From the NCBI GenBank assembly GCA_030601885.1, contig JAUWAU010000014.1, positions 68,774 to 132,773 on the forward strand: a stretch of DNA of 64,000 nt. The letters run 5' to 3'. Both the position numbers and the translations under genes were made by a program. The notes beneath the pieces are model-generated. The model was not told where the DNA came from. It did not search any database and saw nothing but the letters and a program-made list of their open reading frames with translations. Below, piece by piece: positions 23,831-34,700 of this stretch (position 1 is the stretch's first letter; each line of letters begins with the position of its first letter). This DNA is from Armatimonadota bacterium (GTDB lineage Bacteria; Armatimonadota; Zipacnadia; JAUWAU01).

Positions 23831-26308
23831 ATGAACTTGCCCCTGGATAGCCGCCGCCTGGCCGTCACCGAGCTGGACGATGCGACGCTGGCCGCGGAGC
23901 TGGAAAGGCTTGGCCTCGTGATGACGCCGTACGAGGCCCGCCGTATCGTCGAGCTGATCGGCCGCGATCCGACGCTCGTGGAGCTGCACATCTTCAACGT
24001 AGAGTGGAGCGAGCACTGCTCGTACCGCAGCAGCCGCGCGACGCTCGAGGAGTTCCTGCCCACGACGGGCCCCAACGTTATCATGGGCCCTCAGGAGGAC
24101 GCCGGCATCATCGAGCTGGGCGTCTTCGACGGGCGCCGCTACGGCGTTGTCATCGCTCACGAGAGCCACAATCATCCCTCGCAGATTCTCCCCAACGAGG
24201 GCGCGGCAACCGGCATCGGCGGGATCGTCCGCGATGTGGACTGCATGGGCGCCATCGTCGTGGGCACCGCTGATCCGCTGCGCTTCGGCAATCCACGCGG
24301 ACGCCACGCCGACCGAACATGCTGGATCGCCCGCGGTGTCGTTGACGGCATCTGGGAGTACGGCAACGCCCTCGGCGTACCCATTCTCGCCGGCGACCTC
24401 GTGTTCTCCGAGTCCTTCGACGACAACTGCGTGGTCAACGTCGTCGCCATCGGCATCGTGGCCGAGGAGGACATCATCCACAGCGCCGTGCCACCCGAGG
24501 CGGCCGACGAGCCGTACGACATCATCATCGTCGGCAAGCCGACGGACGACTCGGGCTTCGGCGGCTCGGCCTTCGCCAGCAAGATCCTCGGCGACGAAGA
24601 GGAGAAGCAAGAGGACCGCGCCGCCGTCCAGGTGCCCGACCCTTTCCTCAAGAACGTCCTGCTGATGCGCAAAGCGAACGAGGATGTCCGCCGCGCGGCC
24701 AAAGAGCAGGGGATCGTCATCGGCATCAAAGACTTCGGCGGCGGGGGCTTTGCCTGCGGTACGTCCGAGATAGCTGCCGCGGGCGGCTTTGGCGTGGATC
24801 TTGACTTGAACGCCGTACACGTCGCACTGGAGAACATGCTGCCCGAGGTCATCTGCTGCGCCGAGACGCAGGAGCGGTACGTGCTCGCCGTGCCCAGCCA
24901 TTTCACGCCCACGGTGCTGAAGATCTACAATGAGGACTGGGACCTGCCCAACATCTACGAGGGAGCGCAAGCTTCCTGCATCGGCCGGGCGACTACCGAC
25001 AAGCGCTACGTGCTGCGGCACGACGGCAAGATCGTGGCGGATGCTCCGGTGGACGTGATCACGGGGGGCATTCGGTACGACCGCGAAGAGCAGCCCAAGG
25101 AGCACGAGGGCCGGGAACCGGACTTCGAGCAACCCGACGACCTTGGCGAGTGCCTTCTCAAGGTCCTCAGCAGCGAGAACGTGGCCTCGCGAGAGTTCCT
25201 CTATCGCGCCTACGACACCGAAGTGCAGGGCAACGCCATCATCCGCCCGGGCGAGGCCGACGCCGGCCTCATCGCGCCGCTGCCAGAGGAGCGTGTCGGC
25301 GTGGCGCTGGCCACCGACGGGAACCCCTTCTACGGGGCCATTTCGCCCTTCTGGGGCGGCGCGACGGCTGTTGCCGAGGCGATGCGCAACGTGGCCGCCA
25401 TCGGCGCCGTCCCCAGCGGCCTGACGGACTGTCTCAACTTCGGCAACCCGGAGAAGCCCACCGCTTTCTGGGAGTTCCGCGAGTCGGTGCGCGGATTGGC
25501 CGAGGCGGCAAAGCAGCTCTGGCTCAAGGGTCACCAGAACACGCCGGTACCCATCATCTCGGGCAACGTGAGCTTCTACAACGAATCGACCACCGGCAGC
25601 GCCGTGCTCCCCTCGGCCATCATCACCTGCATCGGCATCATGCAGGACTACAGCAAGGCCCTCACCATGCAGCTCCGCCAGCCCGGCAATACGCTCGTGC
25701 TGCTCGGCGCGCGGTACGATGAGCTCGGCGGCTCCGAGTACTACCGCACCATCCTGGGCGAGACGGGCCGTAACGTCCCGCGGGTGCGCTGGGAGCACGA
25801 GCGCGCCAACATCTACGCCGTCATCGACGCCATAGATGCGGGCCTCGCGGAGTCCTGCCACGACATCTCCAATGGCGGGCTTATCGCCACCGTCGCCGAG
25901 ATGATGATGGGCGGCTACGCCCGTGGACCGTGGGGCGCGGAGCTGGACATCGAAGCCTTGTGTAGCGCAGCCTTCGGGAGCGCAGGCCCCTGTCTGAAGC
26001 GGGGCGCCTGTCTGAAGCGGCGTGCCGTACGGCATCCCGTACGGGACTGCCAGCCTGCAAACCACGCCCTCCGCGCCGACAAGCTCATCTTCTCCGAGTC
26101 CGGCGGATTCGTCCTCGAGGTGTCGCCAGGTAATCTTGACCGCCTGAATGACATCGCCGCCTCTCACAGCGCGGAGCCCGTGACGATCGGGAGCGTTACC
26201 GAGGCGCCCGCGCTCGTCGTGAGGGACTCCGACCGCCAGCTCATCTCCCTCCCCTCAGAGCGCCTGAAAGCCGCCTGGACGCGGGGGCTGAGCGAGGCGC
26301 TGGAGTAA
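23831..26308 (+). CDS. purL: Phosphoribosylformylglycinamidine synthase subunit PurL (FGAM synthase II) with a 36-aa in-frame insertion
   Basis: WSEHCSY.SS, ESHNHPS, GAATGIGGIVRD, QV.DPF, D.GGGG, ETQER, DCLNFGNPE, SGNVSFYNE, HDISNGG, FSES. Confidence 0.96.
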   Translation: MNLPLDSRRLAVTELDDATLAAELERLGLVMTPYEARRIVELIGRDPTLVELHIFNVEWSEHCSYRSSRATLEEFLPTTGPNVIMGPQEDAGIIELGVFDGRRYGVVIAHESHNHPSQILPNEGAATGIGGIVRDVDCMGAIVVGTADPLRFGNPRGRHADRTCWIARGVVDGIWEYGNALGVPILAGDLVFSESFDDNCVVNVVAIGIVAEEDIIHSAVPPEAADEPYDIIIVGKPTDDSGFGGSAFASKILGDEEEKQEDRAAVQVPDPFLKNVLLMRKANEDVRRAAKEQGIVIGIKDFGGGGFACGTSEIAAAGGFGVDLDLNAVHVALENMLPEVICCAETQERYVLAVPSHFTPTVLKIYNEDWDLPNIYEGAQASCIGRATTDKRYVLRHDGKIVADAPVDVITGGIRYDREEQPKEHEGREPDFEQPDDLGECLLKVLSSENVASREFLYRAYDTEVQGNAIIRPGEADAGLIAPLPEERVGVALATDGNPFYGAISPFWGGATAVAEAMRNVAAIGAVPSGLTDCLNFGNPEKPTAFWEFRESVRGLAEAAKQLWLKGHQNTPVPIISGNVSFYNESTTGSAVLPSAIITCIGIMQDYSKALTMQLRQPGNTLVLLGARYDELGGSEYYRTILGETGRNVPRVRWEHERANIYAVIDAIDAGLAESCHDISNGGLIATVAEMMMGGYARGPWGAELDIEALCSAAFGSAGPCLKRGACLKRRAVRHPVRDCQPANHALRADKLIFSESGGFVLEVSPGNLDRLNDIAASHSAEPVTIGSVTEAPALVVRDSDRQLISLPSERLKAAWTRGLSEALE
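25961..26068. repeat. Nested REP-like palindromic insertion inside purL
   Basis: CGGGAGCGCAGGC[60 nt]TGCCAGCCTGCAA matches the reverse complement of the intact REP at 49474-49499 with 1 mismatch; the insert holds CCTGTCTGAAGCGG twice and ATCCCGTACGGGA. Confidence 0.8.
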
Positions 26309-26517
26309 CCAGATGGAGGCACGGCCAATGCGCCGGGGGCGCACGGGCCCGTGCCACCCGGGTGCTCCGCATCGCGCCCGGCTCTGGCCGGAAGGGGCCG
26401 CAGGGTCCGTAGACGAATATGCTCTCCCTGGAAGCCAGGAATTCGCGATTGGAGAGGCTTTGTTCGGGGGACAGCCCGCCGGTGAATGTAACGCTTGGCA
26501 GCAACGGGAGGCGTCAG

Positions 26518-27966
26518 ATGCAGACAGATCGTCGTGGCTTTCTGAGGGCGATTGGCGCGGGCGCATCCCTGGCGGCCACGAGAGGTGTGTTGGCTGTGGA
26601 CTCGACCCACTCGGCAACACCTAACATCGTTCTATGCATGGCCGACGACCAGGGATGGGGCGACATGGCCTACAACGGTCATCCCGTGCTGAGGACCCCA
26701 AACTTCGACGCCATGGCCGCCTCCGCATTGCGCTTCGATCGCTTCTACGCCGCCGCCCCCGTCTGCTCTCCCACCCGCGGGAGCGTCATGACCGGGCGCC
26801 ACCCGAACCGCTTCGGCTGCTTCAAGTGGGGTCATACGCTTCGCCCACAGGAGATCACCATTGCCGAAGCCCTGAAGACCGCCGGATATGTGACCGGCCA
26901 TTTCGGAAAGTGGCATCTTGGCTCCGTCCGCCGGGGGAGCCCGGTGAATCCCGGCGCCAGCGGCTTCGATGAGTGGCTCTCGGCCCCCAACTTCTTCGAC
27001 AACGACCCCATTCTCAGCCGCGAGGGCGTGGCGGTGCAGACCGAGGGCGAGAGCTCCATGGTCACCGTTGACGCCGCACTCGAGTTCATCCGGAAGCACG
27101 CCGAGAGCCCGCGGCCGTTCCTGGCCGTCGTCTGGTTCGGCTCTCCGCACTCGCCGCACGTGGCGGTCGAGCAAGACCGCGCGCTCTACGCGGACCAGGA
27201 GGAGAAGCTGCAGCACTTCTACGGCGAGATCACCGGCATGGATCGCGCCTTTGGCAAGCTGCGACAGGAGCTCCGTGCCCTGGGCATCCACGAGAACACG
27301 ATCCTCTGGTATTGCAGCGACAACGGTGGCCTCCGTGGACTCGGCGCCACCGGCGGACGCGGTCACAAGGGCCAGGTCTACGAGGGCGGGCTGCGTGTTC
27401 CGGCGATCCTTGACTGGCCCGCACGCATCCCGGGGCCGCGGAACACCGACGTGCCCGGCAACACCTCCGACATCTATCCCACGCTCCTGGAGATCGTGGG
27501 CGTGCGAATGGCTGGCCAACCGCCGCTGGACGGGCTGAGCCTCGTTCCCCTGCTCCACGGGGAGATGACTGCGCGACCGGAGCCGATGGGGTTCTGGGAC
27601 CATCCGACTCCCGGCATCGGGACACCGAGCGTCGAGTGGATGTCCGAGCTTCTTGAGGCCCAGAGGGCAGGCAGTGAGCCCAGCGACACTTCTCGCCTGC
27701 GCCTGGATGCTGCGGACATCACCCAGCAGCATCCCGAGGACGCGTTTCCGGGGCACGCGGCGTGGCTCGATTGGCCGTGGAAATTGCACCGGATCCACGG
27801 GAAGACGGGCGACGTTGGGCTGGAGCTGTACAATCTCGCCGAGGACCCTGCCGAGGAACACGATGTTGTCCCGCAACACCCTGATCGGACGGGGGCCATG
27901 AAGTCCGAGCTCGAAGGCTGGCTGGCATCTGTCGTTCGCAGCCTCAACGGCGCGGACTACCGGTAG
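26518..27966 (+). CDS. Sulfatase (arylsulfatase A-like), Tat-exported
   Basis: DRRGFL Tat motif, PNIV..MADDQG, CSPTR, GKWHLG, SDNG; RBS GGGAGG before ATG 26518. Confidence 0.93.
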   Translation: MQTDRRGFLRAIGAGASLAATRGVLAVDSTHSATPNIVLCMADDQGWGDMAYNGHPVLRTPNFDAMAASALRFDRFYAAAPVCSPTRGSVMTGRHPNRFGCFKWGHTLRPQEITIAEALKTAGYVTGHFGKWHLGSVRRGSPVNPGASGFDEWLSAPNFFDNDPILSREGVAVQTEGESSMVTVDAALEFIRKHAESPRPFLAVVWFGSPHSPHVAVEQDRALYADQEEKLQHFYGEITGMDRAFGKLRQELRALGIHENTILWYCSDNGGLRGLGATGGRGHKGQVYEGGLRVPAILDWPARIPGPRNTDVPGNTSDIYPTLLEIVGVRMAGQPPLDGLSLVPLLHGEMTARPEPMGFWDHPTPGIGTPSVEWMSELLEAQRAGSEPSDTSRLRLDAADITQQHPEDAFPGHAAWLDWPWKLHRIHGKTGDVGLELYNLAEDPAEEHDVVPQHPDRTGAMKSELEGWLASVVRSLNGADYR

Positions 27967-28129
27967 GCGGCCAGAGCGCCACGCAACTCGGCCCACGCGT
28001 CCGGGCAAGGCCTGGCGAGATCCCGGTCCGCAGACCGCGACTACCAGGAGATGCGCCTTCGGCTGAAGGGCGCGTAACCCCTCGACCCATCGTCTCTACG
28101 TTGCCGGCGCAGCAAGAGAGCAACCTACT

Positions 28130-29413
28130 ATGGAGATCTCGTCACAAGACCGGGGCATGCTGAGGTCGCTGGCGGAGAGAGTCGCCGAGATTGCCGCATT
28201 GCCTGAACAGGAGGAGAAGCGGGAGCTGTGGCGGCGGCTCAACCAACTCGATGCCGTTCGGCCCATGGTGCACATCTACCAAGTCCCGTGGTCCGAGATC
28301 CGGCTGGCCGAAGATGAAAGCCTGTCCATCCGCTGCCAGGATGGCTTCTGCCGAAGCGTCGAATGGCAACTGCGTCAGACCATCCACCAATGGGAGAACT
28401 TCCCCGGCGACATGGTGGTCGAGCCCGTGTTCCGGCAGGAGCCCGTGTTGAGGGGGGACGACTTCGGCATCCAGGTCCAGGAAGACACGATCCCGCAGCG
28501 CGGCTTCAGGTCCGTCGAAAGCTCGATCCGGTCGCACGAGTATCACGCTCAGATCAAAGATGACAGCGACATCGAGAAGATCCGCATTCCGGACATCACC
28601 TGCGACGAAGCGCAGACCCGCGCGCAAACGCAGGTCCTCGAGGACGCGTTCGACGGTCTCCTGAGCGTGGTGCCTGGCGTCCGGTTCGGCCGGTACAACA
28701 TCGCGCCCTGGGACAGACTCGTACAGTGGACGGGCGTGGCGGAGATTCTGACGGATCTCGCGTTGCGCCCGGACTACGTCCACGCGCTGATGGACCGGCT
28801 CACGACGGCCCATGAAGCTCGTCTCGATCAGTATGCGGCTCTCGGTCTACTCGCCCTGAACAACACCAACGAAATCGTGGGCCAGGGAGGACTCGGCTAC
28901 ACGGACGAGCTGCCGGGCAATGACTTCGATCCCGAGCACGTCGGGTACCACGACCTCTGGGGCGGCGGCATGGCGCAGATCTTTTCCGCGGTCTCTCCGG
29001 ACATGCATCGGGAGTTTGCGTTGCAGTACGAAGCCCGGTGTCTCCGTCGCTTTGCGCGGGTGTACTACGGCTGCTGCGAGCCGCTCCACCTGAAGGTGGA
29101 CGTCGTGCGGGAGATGCTCCCGAACGTGCGGAAGGTCTCCATGAGCCCGACGGCCAACCATCAGATCGGCGCTCAGGCGGTCGGCAACACGCTGGTGTAC
29201 TCCGCCAAACCGAATCCCGCGTACATCGCCACCGACGATTGGCAGCCGGAGCTGGTGCGAGATGAGCTGCGGGGGATCCTCGAGGTCACGGCCCGACGGG
29301 GATGCCACGTGGAGCTGATCCTGAAGGACATCTCCACCATCCGCTGCGAGCCCAGGCGGCTGACGGAGTGGTCCGCCATCGCCGGGGAAGTGGCCGAAGC
29401 ATACAGCCGGTGA
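28130..29413 (+). CDS. URO-D/cobalamin-independent methyltransferase-like TIM-barrel protein
   Basis: LR.LA..VAEIA N-terminus, RPMV, VSPDMH.EF, YYGCCEPL, KPNPA, ELILKDISTI. Confidence 0.75.
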   Translation: MEISSQDRGMLRSLAERVAEIAALPEQEEKRELWRRLNQLDAVRPMVHIYQVPWSEIRLAEDESLSIRCQDGFCRSVEWQLRQTIHQWENFPGDMVVEPVFRQEPVLRGDDFGIQVQEDTIPQRGFRSVESSIRSHEYHAQIKDDSDIEKIRIPDITCDEAQTRAQTQVLEDAFDGLLSVVPGVRFGRYNIAPWDRLVQWTGVAEILTDLALRPDYVHALMDRLTTAHEARLDQYAALGLLALNNTNEIVGQGGLGYTDELPGNDFDPEHVGYHDLWGGGMAQIFSAVSPDMHREFALQYEARCLRRFARVYYGCCEPLHLKVDVVREMLPNVRKVSMSPTANHQIGAQAVGNTLVYSAKPNPAYIATDDWQPELVRDELRGILEVTARRGCHVELILKDISTIRCEPRRLTEWSAIAGEVAEAYSR

Positions 29414-29588
29414 CGCTTGTCTCGGCCATCTGCGCGCGTTGGGCGGCGAGCAAGAGCATCGAACCCGACCAGGCTCTGTAGCTCTGACCCGAGCGAAAGA
29501 GCGGAGGAGAACAAAGACGCCGCGGACAACGAAGTGGCGTCTCGAATGACTGACCGTTCAACCACTTCCGGCTCGGCAAGGAGAAGCG

Positions 29589-31604
29589 ATGAGCGAACTG
29601 CGCCTCGACCATTGGAGCATGCCGGGGGCTGAGCTGGGGCCCGAGAATCCTCTGCCGCCCCTGGCCCCGGCTGGAGATGTGCATGCCTCTGTGACGATGG
29701 CCGCCGACATCCCGGAGGAGGACCAGCGCTACCTGGGGTACGGGCGGGTGGCAAGCTGCCTGCCGTACCTCATGCAGGATGGCTACCGCCGCCACTTGCA
29801 GCCAATGACGTTCCGCACGGCCGTCCTGGAGAACGACATCCTGCGCGCCACCTTCCTGCTCGAGCTGGGCGGGCGGCTTTGGTCCCTGCTGCACAAACCC
29901 AGTGGCCGCGAGCTTCTGGAGGTCAACCCGGTCTTCCAGCCGGCGAACCTGGCCATCCGCAACGCCTGGTTCAGTGGCGGGGTCGAGTGGAACATCGGCA
30001 TACGCGGTCACTGCCCGTTTACCTGCTCCCCCCTCTTCGCTGCTCGCGTCGAGGGCGCCGACGGCAGCGCCGTCCTAAGGCTTTACGAGTGGGAGCGGGT
30101 GCGCCAGGTGCCGTTTCAGCTCGACGCCTATCTCCCCGACGGATCGCCGGTGCTCTTCGTCCGGGTGCGGATTGCGAATCCGCACGACCGGGAAGTGCCC
30201 ATGTACTGGTGGTCCAACATGGCCGTGCCCGAGACGCCGGAAACGCGGGTCCTGGTCCCGGCCGACCATGCCTATCGCTTCGCCTACGCTCGCGGGCTGA
30301 AGCGGGTGCCGATCCCTGAGCACGACGGGTTGGATGCCTCGTACCCGACCCGCGTGCCGCGCTCGATGGACTTCTTCTTCCGTATTCCCGATGATCAGCG
30401 GCCCTGGATCGCGGCGTTGGACGGGGAGGGTCGAGGCCTCGGGCAAACCTCGACACCGCTGCTCAAGGGTCGCAAGCTGTTCGTCTGGGGCAGCGGTCCC
30501 GGCGGGAGGCGCTGGCAGGAGTTCCTCGCGCAGCCCGGCAGTGCGTACATAGAGATCCAGGCGGGCCTGGCCCGCACGCAGGCCGAGCACCTGCCGATGC
30601 CCGCCGGCGCTGAGTGGGAGTGGCTGGAGGCGTACGGCCTCGTGGAGGCCGATGCGGAGGCGGTGCACGGCCCCGAGTGGGAACGGGCGCAGCGAGCGGT
30701 GGAGGAGCAGCTAGATGCTCTCATCCCCAGAGCCCGGCTCGATGCGGAGTTCGAGCGCGGAGCGAGGATCGCCCGCCGGGCGCCGGTGGAGCTCCTGCAC
30801 CGCGGCTCGGGGTGGGGGGCGCTGGAGCGGCTGCGGCGGGAGGCCGCCGGAGAGCCCCCGTTCTGCGGCGCTGAGCTGATCTTCGACGAGGCCTGCCTCG
30901 GGGAAGCGCAGGAGCCATGGCAGCGACTCCTGCACACCGGGGAGCTGCCGCGCGCAGATCCTGGCACACCTCCGCGGTCCTACCTGGTGCAGCCTGAGTG
31001 GCGTGAGCTGCTCGAGGAGAGCCTGCGACGCGAACGCAGCGCGCATTGGCTCGCCTGGCTGCACTTGGGCGTGATGCGCTACCACGCCGGTGACCGCGAC
31101 GGAGCGCGGGAGGCGTGGGACCGAGCCCAAGGCCTCGACGAGACCCCCTGGGCCTTGCGGAACCTCGCCGTGCTCGCCCGCGAGGACGAGCAGCACGACC
31201 GGGCAGCAGACCTGTTGCTCGCCGCCGCACGCCTGCAGCCGGACCTGCAGGCGCTGGTGGTCGAGTGCGGGAGAGTCTTGCTCGCCTCCGCGCGCGCCGG
31301 TGACTGGCTGGCCCTACTCCGTGGGGTGCCGGAGCCCGTGCGCTCCACCGGCCGCGTGGTGCTGCTTGAGGGGCAGGCGGCACTCTTGACCGGCGACCTG
31401 GCCACGGTCGAGCGGGTGCTCGATGAAACACGAGAGATCGACGACCTGCGCGAGGGCGAGCGTTCGCTCAGCGACCTCTGGTACGGCCTGCATGAGCAGC
31501 GCCTGAGCGCGGCTGAGGGCGTGCCGGTAGACGACGCACTGCGGGCCCGGGTGCGCCGCGAGTTCCCGCCGCCCTCCCGCCTCGACTTCCGCATGCGCAC
31601 CTGA
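29589..31604 (+). CDS. DUF5107 domain protein with C-terminal TPR-like helices
   Basis: VLEN..LRA.FL.ELGGRLWSL, ELL..NPVFQPANLAIRNAWFSGGVEWN, MYWWSN, YIEIQAG. Confidence 0.85.
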   Translation: MSELRLDHWSMPGAELGPENPLPPLAPAGDVHASVTMAADIPEEDQRYLGYGRVASCLPYLMQDGYRRHLQPMTFRTAVLENDILRATFLLELGGRLWSLLHKPSGRELLEVNPVFQPANLAIRNAWFSGGVEWNIGIRGHCPFTCSPLFAARVEGADGSAVLRLYEWERVRQVPFQLDAYLPDGSPVLFVRVRIANPHDREVPMYWWSNMAVPETPETRVLVPADHAYRFAYARGLKRVPIPEHDGLDASYPTRVPRSMDFFFRIPDDQRPWIAALDGEGRGLGQTSTPLLKGRKLFVWGSGPGGRRWQEFLAQPGSAYIEIQAGLARTQAEHLPMPAGAEWEWLEAYGLVEADAEAVHGPEWERAQRAVEEQLDALIPRARLDAEFERGARIARRAPVELLHRGSGWGALERLRREAAGEPPFCGAELIFDEACLGEAQEPWQRLLHTGELPRADPGTPPRSYLVQPEWRELLEESLRRERSAHWLAWLHLGVMRYHAGDRDGAREAWDRAQGLDETPWALRNLAVLAREDEQHDRAADLLLAAARLQPDLQALVVECGRVLLASARAGDWLALLRGVPEPVRSTGRVVLLEGQAALLTGDLATVERVLDETREIDDLREGERSLSDLWYGLHEQRLSAAEGVPVDDALRARVRREFPPPSRLDFRMRT

Positions 31605-31727
31605 GAGACCTCCGCCGCGCCGGCCGAAGGCGCCGCGTAGGGCGCCTGTTGCCCATGGAGAGATGCCGCCGCCGCCAGGATCTCGCCCCAAGCGTCGCTG
31701 ATGCCAGAGCACCAAGGAGAGTAGAGG

Positions 31728-34700
31728 ATGATCGCCGCCATGCTGATCTCGTTTCTCGCCGCGTCCGCACCTGCAAGCGCCGGGCCGAAGGCCCTGCTTG
31801 TCGCCCCGGAAGGCAACTATGTGGCACGCGCGCTGGCCGCCCTGGGGACGCCGCACGAGCGCATCGACCCCCGGCAGTACCGAACTGTCTCGCCGTTCGA
31901 CCACGATGTCATCGTCTGGGGCTTCGATCAGACGCGGGTGCCCCTCCGGGCCGAGCCGGAGGTCATCGACGCCTTCGTACGAAGCGGCGGCGTACTGCTG
32001 GCGTTCCGTGCCAACGAGGAGGACCCCTGGCTGCCGGCTCCTCTGGCTCGCGACAAGGCCTATGCGTTCGGGAAGATCCTCGAGCCCGAGCATCCCATCT
32101 TCACGACGCCCCACAAGTTCACCGACGGCCTCATGCGCGAGGTCCACGGCGGCAGCATCTATCGCGCCTTCTTCGACCTGGGGGAGGGCTGGCTGCCACT
32201 GGTGAGCGCCGGCGCCGAGCAGGCCTGGGACAAGACCGGAGCCCGCGACGACGGCGAGCACTACGGCATTGTGGAGCTGCCTCGCGGCGAGGGCCGGATC
32301 ATCCTGGTCCAGATGATCCCCAGCTATCACTGGTTCCACGACAGCGACGGCGACGCGAGCTGCGCCGGGGCCAGGTTCTTCGAGAACTTGGTTCACTACG
32401 CCCTCAGCAGCGCGCCGGCTCGTGCTGCGTCCCGCCCGCGGCGCAGGATGCCTGAGGGGTACCACACGGATATTGAAGGCTTCACGGCCCTGCCGCAGCG
32501 CGGCGACGGCCTCCCGCTGGACGATCGCGCGTGGCGCTTCACCTCCAAGGGCCCCTATACGATGAAGGTGGACCGCCGCGGCGTGCTCACCTTCACCCAC
32601 GCTGACACGCCGAGCAGAGCTGGAAGCTTCGCGCAGCTCGCCCGCGAGATCGAGATTCCCCAGCACGCGGGCACCGTGACGCTCCGGTGGTACGAGTCGG
32701 ACACATACTGCGGCGGGCGGGAGCGGATTCTTGGCGGGGAGCGCCATGGCGAGACGGCGCTGGAGAACTACAAGCGCGGCATGCGGTTTGCGCGAGTGCT
32801 CGTGAACGGCGAGCCCGTCTGGGAGCAGGACGTGCTGGGCCGCAACCCACAGCCGGCGAGCCAACGCGTTCGGACGGCGGACATCACCGACGCGATCCGC
32901 AAGGCGAAGGGGAAGTGCGAGCTTGCGCTTCGTGTTGAGGACAGGGAGGGATCGGCGGACGAGCCATTCGCCATCGACGTGTTCTTCGCGACGGTGGAGG
33001 TGATACTCGATCTCCGGCGAGCCCCGGCCGCGGAGATGTTCGAGGCCAAGGGCTTCACGGCCGCCGCGGACGGCCGGCTGAAGCTCACCGGGCCCAGGGG
33101 CTCTCTCGCCACTCGCCACTACGGCCCGGCCGGACCGTATGTTGTGGCGGTTCGCCTGCGCGACGGGCACGCCGGCCAGTCGCAGTTGCGCGTCCTGGCC
33201 GGTGACAGGCGCATCGCTATGTGGAAGCTGACGGCGGACGATCATCGGGTGTACTGGGCCGTCTCGGAGCCAGCGGAGCTGCCGGCGGGCGTGCCGGTGC
33301 GAATCGAGATCAACCGGGACGACGACGAGGAGGTCGAGATCCACGAGGCGGCAATCATCGCCGAACGACTGCTGGCCCAACCGACCGAGTTGGGTGAACC
33401 GCCCGCGGCTGGCGGCCGGGGCGCAGCGCACGTGCGCTTCCCGCTCACCCTCCGTGAGACCGCGGGCGCGGGGCGCGCTGACGAGGTCACGGCGCAGGGC
33501 ATCCCTTTCCCAGTGCGCTGCCTTCCGAAGGGCGAGCACCTGCGGGTGACCGGGCCCGACGGAGCGCCCGTGCCGGTTCAGACGCGCACGATCGCGCGCT
33601 GGCCGGACGGCAGCGCTAAGATGCTGTTGCTTGCATTTCCCGCGACGGTCGCAGCCGGCGAGACGGCGACGTACACGGTGGAGGCGGGTGAGGGCGTCGA
33701 GCCAGTCCCCGTGGTGGACGCCCTTACGCTGAGCGAGGAGGCGGGGCTGCTGCGGATCGACACGGGGGCCATCGCCGTCACCGTCAGCACGACGAACGGA
33801 CGCGTCGTGGACGATGTGCGGCGCGGCGGCCGGTTGCTTAAGCGAGCCGACGAGGTCTGGGAACTCGTGCTCGTTGACGAACATGGCCGAGCGGTCGCCA
33901 GCGGCGGACCGACGGTGACCGAGACGCAGATCGTCGATGCCGGGCCCCTTCGGGCGCTGGTCGTGCGGAAGGGGTCGCTGGCCGACGGTCAGGGCACGCT
34001 GGTAGACTACCGGATGACGCTGGAGGCCACCGCCGGATCGGATCACCTGCGGCTCGAGGCGACCATCATCAACCGCGAGGACACCGCAGAGGTCTATCTC
34101 AAGCGCTGGTCACTGCAGCTCGCCCGACCGGACGCGGCACGCGGACTGGTCCGGCTCGGGCTGGCTGAGACGCACGCCGCCAACGCCGGTGCGGTGTTGT
34201 ACCAGCATCGGGAGGATCTGCTGAGCTGGACGGGGGACGATGGCGCGCGGACCCGCGCGGAGGCAAAGGCGCCGGGCTTCGTGCGCCTTCCAGGCATGGC
34301 CGCGGGGACACGCTGGTTCTGGCAGCGCTACCCTCAGGCTATCCGGTTCGAGCAGGGCGCCGTTCGGTTCGACTTCATCCCGGAGCCTCTCGACGACGGC
34401 GACCTGCCGATGCGCTGGCGCGATCGAATGCTGGAGCAGACCGACCGGTACTCCGTCGGCGGCGTCGGCTATCCACAGTCGCCGGGCAAGATGGGACTGT
34501 TCCGGCTCGCGCAGGGCGAGGCGCTCAGCCAGGAGATGCTGTTCGTGCTCGACGGCAGGGACATCGACGAGCCGGGCGAGGCGATCTTCGCTCCGCTGGT
34601 CGCCCGGCTGCGTGCTGCGCCGGATCCGGCCTATGCCTGCTCCACGCGCGCCTTCGGAGAGCTGAGCCCCGCTGACCGGGCGAAGTACCCTCGCTACGAG

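Noticed and set aside
23699-26167. 822-aa minus-strand ORF
   Set aside because: Antisense to purL; no recognisable domain.
28030-28125. TPP- or glycine-riboswitch-like hairpin (GCGCCTTCGGCTGAAGGGCGC)
   Set aside because: Lacks the CTGAGA/ACCTGA or CTCTCAGG cores; could equally be the 3' stub of a lost gene (DRDYQEMRLRLKGA*).
31314-34046. 910-aa minus-strand ORF
   Set aside because: Antisense shadow of the well-supported plus-strand gene 31728-35759; no motifs, typical high-GC artefact.
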